DNA from: Candidatus Omnitrophota bacterium
GTDB taxonomy: Bacteria > Omnitrophota > Gorgyraeia > Gygaellales > Profunditerraquicolaceae
DNA length: 64,000 nucleotides
Assembly (NCBI GenBank): GCA_016867115.1
Contig: VGKG01000001.1
Span: forward strand, 29,237-93,236
Reading direction: 5' to 3'
Below are positions 59,450-64,000 of the stretch, in pieces (position 1 is the first letter of the stretch; the number at the start of each line of letters is the position of its first letter). The position numbers were made by a program, and so were the translations under genes. The notes under the pieces are model-generated. The model saw only the letters and a program-made list of their open reading frames with translations, was not told where the DNA came from and searched no databases.

Positions 59450-59515
59450 CTCGATCCTCCTGTTGCTTTTATTATAATTCCAAAAAGCGAAAATACCAAG
59501 AAAAATAAAGCGGGC

Positions 59516-60268
59516 TTATTCGATGGCGAAACTCGCCGAGACTACCGCAGTCACCTTCTTATCAAGGGAACTTGTGTCATTGACCCCCCCGTCAGAGACC
59601 TCGGTGGAATTGACCGGAGTGATCTGGAAGACCCCCATCCGGGCTGAGCGCATAAAGCCGATCTTGTTTCCGGTGGCCTTGACCATGTTCTCGGCGCGCA
59701 GTTTCGCATTTTCCGTAGCCCGGGCGAGCATCTCGATCTTCAACTCATCGAGTTTGGTATAGAAATAATCCGGCGCAAGAGAAATAAACTCAACGCCCTG
59801 GTTGATCAACTCCGTGGATTCCCTCGATACTGCCGTGACCTTATCCACGTCGCCGGATTTGACCTCGACACTCTGGCTCAGGCGGTAGGCCTCGACTTCA
59901 TTGGTGTCAAAACCTTTATCGTTCTTCTTGTAAATAGTCTCCGTATCGATCTGCAGGAAGGTGATCTCATTTTCTTTGATGCCTTTAGAAACAAGGTATC
60001 CCTTTACCTTATCCAGATTTTCCTTCAGCGACTTATACGCCCCGGAAAGGGTCGCCTGGCGCGCAGAGAATGACCCCCTCCAGACGATCAGGTCGCTTTT
60101 AATATCCTTCTGCGCGGAACCGGTGACGTTAATGACCTCCTTGACAAACTTGGTGACCTTCAAAAAACCCTGCGACAGGATCACGCTTGAGGCTATCGTC
60201 GCCACCGCAATGCATACCCCAAGGACCACGATCTGCGTATTCTTCAAAAATCCGCCGTTCTCCCCCAT
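59516..60268 (-). CDS. SIMPL/DUF541-domain periplasmic protein
   Basis: 250 aa with an N-terminal TM/signal anchor and SIMPL-family features (YggE-like). RBS AAGGAGG. Confidence 0.6.
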   Translation of the reverse strand: MGENGGFLKNTQIVVLGVCIAVATIASSVILSQGFLKVTKFVKEVINVTGSAQKDIKSDLIVWRGSFSARQATLSGAYKSLKENLDKVKGYLVSKGIKENEITFLQIDTETIYKKNDKGFDTNEVEAYRLSQSVEVKSGDVDKVTAVSRESTELINQGVEFISLAPDYFYTKLDELKIEMLARATENAKLRAENMVKATGNKIGFMRSARMGVFQITPVNSTEVSDGGVNDTSSLDKKVTAVVSASFAIE

Positions 60269-60363
60269 ATCCGCCTCCTTATGCCTTAAAATGCCTTAAA
60301 CAGGCCCTCACCGTAGGGGCCACTGTTTATATCCCGATATCCCTCTTGTCGCGCTGAGATTGT

Positions 60364-61221
60364 CTATTTATTATAAGGCGGGATTATAATGTCCTTGGTC
60401 TGTTTTCTTACTTTTCCCCCGAAACTGCGGGAGTCAAACTTATCCGTCACCTCAAAAATGATCCTGCCGTTCTTAAGCCTCAAGAATTTATAAGAAACAG
60501 TAAGGTGGCGACTGTCAGTTAAGACACAGGACTCTCCCGGCTTCAAAACAGCTTCATCAATGACTGCGCCTTTCGGATCCAGCATCAGAAGCGTATAGCC
60601 GTAGCCGCTATTTTTGCTGTCGGCAAGGGTGATGCTTCCTCCGGAATTGATCCTGCATGAGGAGATCCCCGGGAGTTTTGAGGTCTTGCGGATATAATCA
60701 AACCTGCTGCGGTATCCTGCCTCTTCTTCTTCCTCTTGCGCCGGGCCAAGCTTTTTTAAGTTTTCTTTGACCTTTGCTTCGGCGACTTCTTTTCTTGCTT
60801 TTGCCCTTTTTAAGAGATCCGCGGCATCTTTTCTGATGATCCCTAATTCTTTCTCCCCGAGAATAATGCCCAGGTCCTGCATGATCCTGCCCCAGGACTT
60901 GGCTTCTCCTGCTTTGTACTCATCCGCTATCGCATCTAACGGCCTGGCGCTTGAGCGGCTTATGGCAAGCGCGATAAAGGCATTGCGCAGATAGATCTTT
61001 TTGGCAAGGCCGGCGATCTTCTCCTGCGGTATCCCGTAAGTAGAGCTAAGATCCGCGATAAATCCGGATTCATCAAAAGACGCATTATAGCCGATGTCCT
61101 CGATCATCTGGTCAAGGTTGCGGTCTCCGGTGACCTTAAGCGGGCCGGTAGGCTCATAGGCATGCGCCTTAAAACCGGCTGCAAATACAAAGAGCATCAT
61201 CAATATAAAATATTTTTTCAC
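60364..61221 (-). CDS. Secreted protein of unknown function
   Basis: Probable GTG start at 61221 with SD AAAGGAGG; the track ORF begins at 61245. Signal peptide VKKYFILMMLFVFAAGFKAHA, a central charged helical region and a C-terminal beta-rich domain. Confidence 0.5.
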   Translation of the reverse strand: MKKYFILMMLFVFAAGFKAHAYEPTGPLKVTGDRNLDQMIEDIGYNASFDESGFIADLSSTYGIPQEKIAGLAKKIYLRNAFIALAISRSSARPLDAIADEYKAGEAKSWGRIMQDLGIILGEKELGIIRKDAADLLKRAKARKEVAEAKVKENLKKLGPAQEEEEEAGYRSRFDYIRKTSKLPGISSCRINSGGSITLADSKNSGYGYTLLMLDPKGAVIDEAVLKPGESCVLTDSRHLTVSYKFLRLKNGRIIFEVTDKFDSRSFGGKVRKQTKDIIIPPYNK

Positions 61222-61255
61222 TTCCTGCCTCCTTTTTGCGTCCATGCGCAGCCCC

Positions 61256-62914
61256 TTACGGCCCGATCTGGCGCAGTTTATTCAGGACTTCCGACATATT
61301 AAAGATGGCCAGAGTAAGCTGGGAGACTGCCTCGGAGACCTTATCAGGCTCAAGGGAATAAATCAGCTCCCGGAACTCTTCCATCCTGGAGAACATATCT
61401 TCGCCTCCCAGCGCGTATATCTTATACACTTTTGCGCGGGCAAGATCCCCTTTTTCCTCGGCGATATAGGAGCGCGCCTCCATGCGCCGGCTAAGATAGG
61501 CGATCCTTGATACCGCATCCTCTGCCCGGTCAAACTTCCCGGCCCTGGTCCAGGCCCTGGCCAACTGCGCATAAGCATCGTATTGGCTCTCTTTATTCAG
61601 TAAGCTGACCAGCTTTTCCGCGGCAGAAGGATTTCCGGAGTTTATCCGGGCGGCGACCATGGCAAGATAAATACCCTGAATCAGGCCCGGTTTATACACC
61701 TTCTGATACGCCGCATCCTTCGGTTGATAATCTTTTTCAATGCGCTCTGCTATTTTCTTGGCAGCGGCGGACTCTCCGGCTGCTGCCTGACCTTCTGCCA
61801 AAGCAGCCAGCGCGCTGTAACGGCTATACTCATCCTGCCCTTTAAACTGCTCGATGAACTCATCCGGCATCGGCCTTCCGTCATGGGTAGTAATAGCGCT
61901 GTAATCCGGGGCCTTGTTAAAAACCTTCCAGGCGAGCTCCTCCGCGGTCTTCAATGTATTTTTCGCAGCCTTCTTATCCCCGGAAGCAGCCTGCGCCTTT
62001 ATTATCTTGACGTAAGGCCTGACACCCAGGCCGAATGTCTGCGCTATCCTTAAGGCAGCGCCTGTATCAGGCGCTTCAAGCAAAAAGCCAACCACATCTT
62101 CGGCGGCACTTGATTGTTCATAAGCATCATCTATCTCGCTGACCGTCTCTTCCGCCGCGGTAAGGTCTCCCATGGACAGCTGCGCCATGGCTATGCCTGC
62201 CAGTCCGTCGTTTTTAATCGTTCTCGTGCTGTATTTGCACTCTTGGGCCTTGCGCTCCACAAACCTCCTGGCCTCCTCAATACCCCGGTCCTCAGCCACA
62301 GCCTTGACCAGCGCGCTAAAATCTGCGGAGTTCATGGAATCAGGCGGGATAAGTTCGCTTAACCTGACTGCTTCTGCGGTATCTCCCAGTGAAAGCTCCA
62401 CTTCCACTACCAGCCAGAAATCCTTCCAATCCCAGCCCTCAAGAAAACCGCTAGGTATCTGTTTGACCGCATCTTCTGTCTGGCCGATGAATGACCGGAT
62501 ACACTCAAGCACCAGCTCATCCAGCTGCTGTATCCTGCGCTGCACTGCCTCTCTGTTTTGCGCATCGGGCTTAAGGATCAAATACGCCCTGTACCAGGCA
62601 AGGCTCTTGATATCGTTATTTCCCAGCTTGTCGCTGGCCAGGGCAAGATTGAATATTGCCGCCGGGTCAAAAGGAGAATACTGCAGCGCAGACTGGAAAT
62701 ACGCCACAGCCGTCTTCCAGTCCTCTTTTTTTGCCGCTTCCAGGCCGCCGTTGATCATCTCCTGCGCTCCTGCCGAAGATTCATCCGCCTTAACCGCTCT
62801 GGCCGGATGGCGTGGCGGCTTTTTTACCTTAAGCATCCGGAAGGTGAATAAGGCTAAACCCAGCGCAATTACCGCAAAGATAACGGCGCCAAACCATAAA
62901 GGCCTATTCTTCAT
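61256..62914 (-). CDS. Membrane-anchored TPR-repeat protein
   Basis: 552 aa with an N-terminal TM helix (LWFGAVIFAVIALGLALF) followed by multiple TPR-like helical repeats. Confidence 0.6.
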   Translation of the reverse strand: MKNRPLWFGAVIFAVIALGLALFTFRMLKVKKPPRHPARAVKADESSAGAQEMINGGLEAAKKEDWKTAVAYFQSALQYSPFDPAAIFNLALASDKLGNNDIKSLAWYRAYLILKPDAQNREAVQRRIQQLDELVLECIRSFIGQTEDAVKQIPSGFLEGWDWKDFWLVVEVELSLGDTAEAVRLSELIPPDSMNSADFSALVKAVAEDRGIEEARRFVERKAQECKYSTRTIKNDGLAGIAMAQLSMGDLTAAEETVSEIDDAYEQSSAAEDVVGFLLEAPDTGAALRIAQTFGLGVRPYVKIIKAQAASGDKKAAKNTLKTAEELAWKVFNKAPDYSAITTHDGRPMPDEFIEQFKGQDEYSRYSALAALAEGQAAAGESAAAKKIAERIEKDYQPKDAAYQKVYKPGLIQGIYLAMVAARINSGNPSAAEKLVSLLNKESQYDAYAQLARAWTRAGKFDRAEDAVSRIAYLSRRMEARSYIAEEKGDLARAKVYKIYALGGEDMFSRMEEFRELIYSLEPDKVSEAVSQLTLAIFNMSEVLNKLRQIGP

Positions 62915-64000
62915 TTTTCCTCTTCATCATCCGCCCTGCATCCACGACGCCATGCATATAGTGGTATGTGTCGCGCACAGCCTGGTCTTCGGGATCAAGT
63001 TCATAAGCTTCTTTTGCATAGCCGTAAGCTGCCTCATGGTCATAGCGCAGATTCGCGATCAGGACCTGTACGAGCAGGCCGTCGATTTTTTTTGACTTCT
63101 CCTTATCTTCTTCTTTGGCGGCAAAGAATTCCTCCGTCATCTTTAACCAATCATCGGCAAACTGGTCTAAGGGATCGGGCCGCTTGGCCTTCTCTAATAT
63201 TTCATTCGCCTCCTGCAGTTTCAACCACTCTTCAGCTCGAGGCGTACCCTCAAAAAGCCCCAGCAGATCATCGGCCGTAGGTAGCTCAAGGGCCGGCACC
63301 ATTGTTTCCTCTGCGCGCATCCCCTCTATGTACCTGAGCGCGGTCCGGATATTCTTGTTATCCGTATATTCATCCGCCGCCTTCTTCAAATAAGAGATAC
63401 TCGCCTGCCAATCACCCTTGCCGTAGGTGATGGCATCTAAAAGCAGCGGCCACTGCGGGTTTAATTCCACCTTTCCCTCGCTCATGTCTTTGATATAGTT
63501 TACATAGTTTAAAGCCATTTGGATCCCCTTGTCGCCGGGAGCCTCTTCTTTAGCCTTATTAAGCATCTCGAGCGAATCGTCAAACTTCGATAACATGAGC
63601 GAAGAAGAAGCTATAGCCAGACGCGCCTTTATCTTCATCTCTCTTTCATCCTGCGCCTTTTTTTCTTTAAACTTATCCATCAGCTGGATCTCAAGGACCC
63701 CCATCAGGCTTTTAACGTAAGTCTGGCGATTGATCAGGTCAGCGCGCCTTACAGGGTCCTTCTCGTTTTTGATCCTGCCCTCAAGGTCCCAGTATTCCTT
63801 TTCCAGCTGCTGCATCTCGGCATTAGTCTCCTTACCCGAAGCCTCGGGCCCGCTTCCCGGCCTCAGAAGCGCGGTGGGGACTGCCACGGGTACGGACTTT
63901 TCATCTACCTTGGCAAAAATGGGCTTTTCCGGCTCGATAAATTGCAGCTCGCTTGAAGGCTGGCTTAATCGCTGGTCAAAATCAACCCTCAGGTTATCCA
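62904..64000 (-). CDS. TPR/helical-repeat protein; only the C-terminal part is in the window, as the frame stays open to the right edge.
   Basis: The track starts it at 63887, but there is no in-frame stop from there to position 64000, so the gene continues upstream beyond the window. Confidence 0.5.
   Translation of the reverse strand, partial: DNLRVDFDQRLSQPSSELQFIEPEKPIFAKVDEKSVPVAVPTALLRPGSGPEASGKETNAEMQQLEKEYWDLEGRIKNEKDPVRRADLINRQTYVKSLMGVLEIQLMDKFKEKKAQDEREMKIKARLAIASSSLMLSKFDDSLEMLNKAKEEAPGDKGIQMALNYVNYIKDMSEGKVELNPQWPLLLDAITYGKGDWQASISYLKKAADEYTDNKNIRTALRYIEGMRAEETMVPALELPTADDLLGLFEGTPRAEEWLKLQEANEILEKAKRPDPLDQFADDWLKMTEEFFAAKEEDKEKSKKIDGLLVQVLIANLRYDHEAAYGYAKEAYELDPEDQAVRDTYHYMHGVVDAGRMMKRKNEE

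Overview
Apparently bacterial chromosomal segment of about 55% GC, with nearly all genes on the minus strand. No CRISPR array, rRNA gene or recognisable mobile element was found; the one RNA gene is tRNA-Pro(CGG). No BLAST or Rfam search could be run, so every call rests on motifs read directly from the sequence.

Layout, left to right in plus-strand coordinates:
- **1..9.4 kb:** aroA (partial), an unknown coiled-coil protein, rluD, lgt, lspA, a DksA-like gene, ileS, mtnP, proC, yggS.
- **9.4..26.2 kb:** a complete division/cell-wall (dcw) cluster, mraZ-rsmH-ftsL-ftsI-murE-murF-mraY-murD-ftsW-murG-murC-murB-ddl-ftsQ-ftsA. It ends in a PrsW-like membrane protease where ftsZ would normally sit. 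Three AAAGTGG MraZ boxes with a 10-bp period lie upstream of mraZ.
- **26.4..35.5 kb:** ribF, nrnA, rbfA, DUF503, cca, xerD, an MBL hydrolase, a lipoprotein, ligA, a metallophosphoesterase, acyP, tRNA-Pro.
- **35.5..40.7 kb:** a riboflavin operon in unusual order (ribBA-ribH-nusB-PHP-ribD-ribE), headed by an FMN riboswitch with an attenuator hairpin.
- **40.7..49.4 kb:** cinA-CTD and thpR on the plus strand, then pgpA, pgsA, rimO, rodZ, ftsK, pnp, rpsO.
- **49.4..55.6 kb:** eda and an HMGL-like aldolase, tldD and pmbA, and a divergent GSP-synthase-like ATP-grasp ligase on the plus strand.
- **55.6..64 kb:** an alpha-glucan phosphorylase, then a cluster of small and exported proteins of unknown function (DUF5666, a GemA/DUF1018-like protein, lipoproteins, SIMPL, TPR proteins).

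Observations most worth a second look:
- A structured element of about 140-210 nt is present twice, at 1440-1652 and 38890-39029, with conserved blocks, a long basal hairpin and variable internal inserts.
- The rib operon carries a PHP-domain phosphoesterase and the second copy of that element, downstream of the FMN riboswitch.
- The tldD/pmbA plus ATP-grasp ligase locus has no visible precursor peptide and may have a leaderless start.
- An operon joins a GemA-like protein and other unknown small proteins to the phosphorylase, including two unannotated small ORFs.
- An AT-rich regulatory island upstream of lgt carries a perfect 14-bp palindrome.
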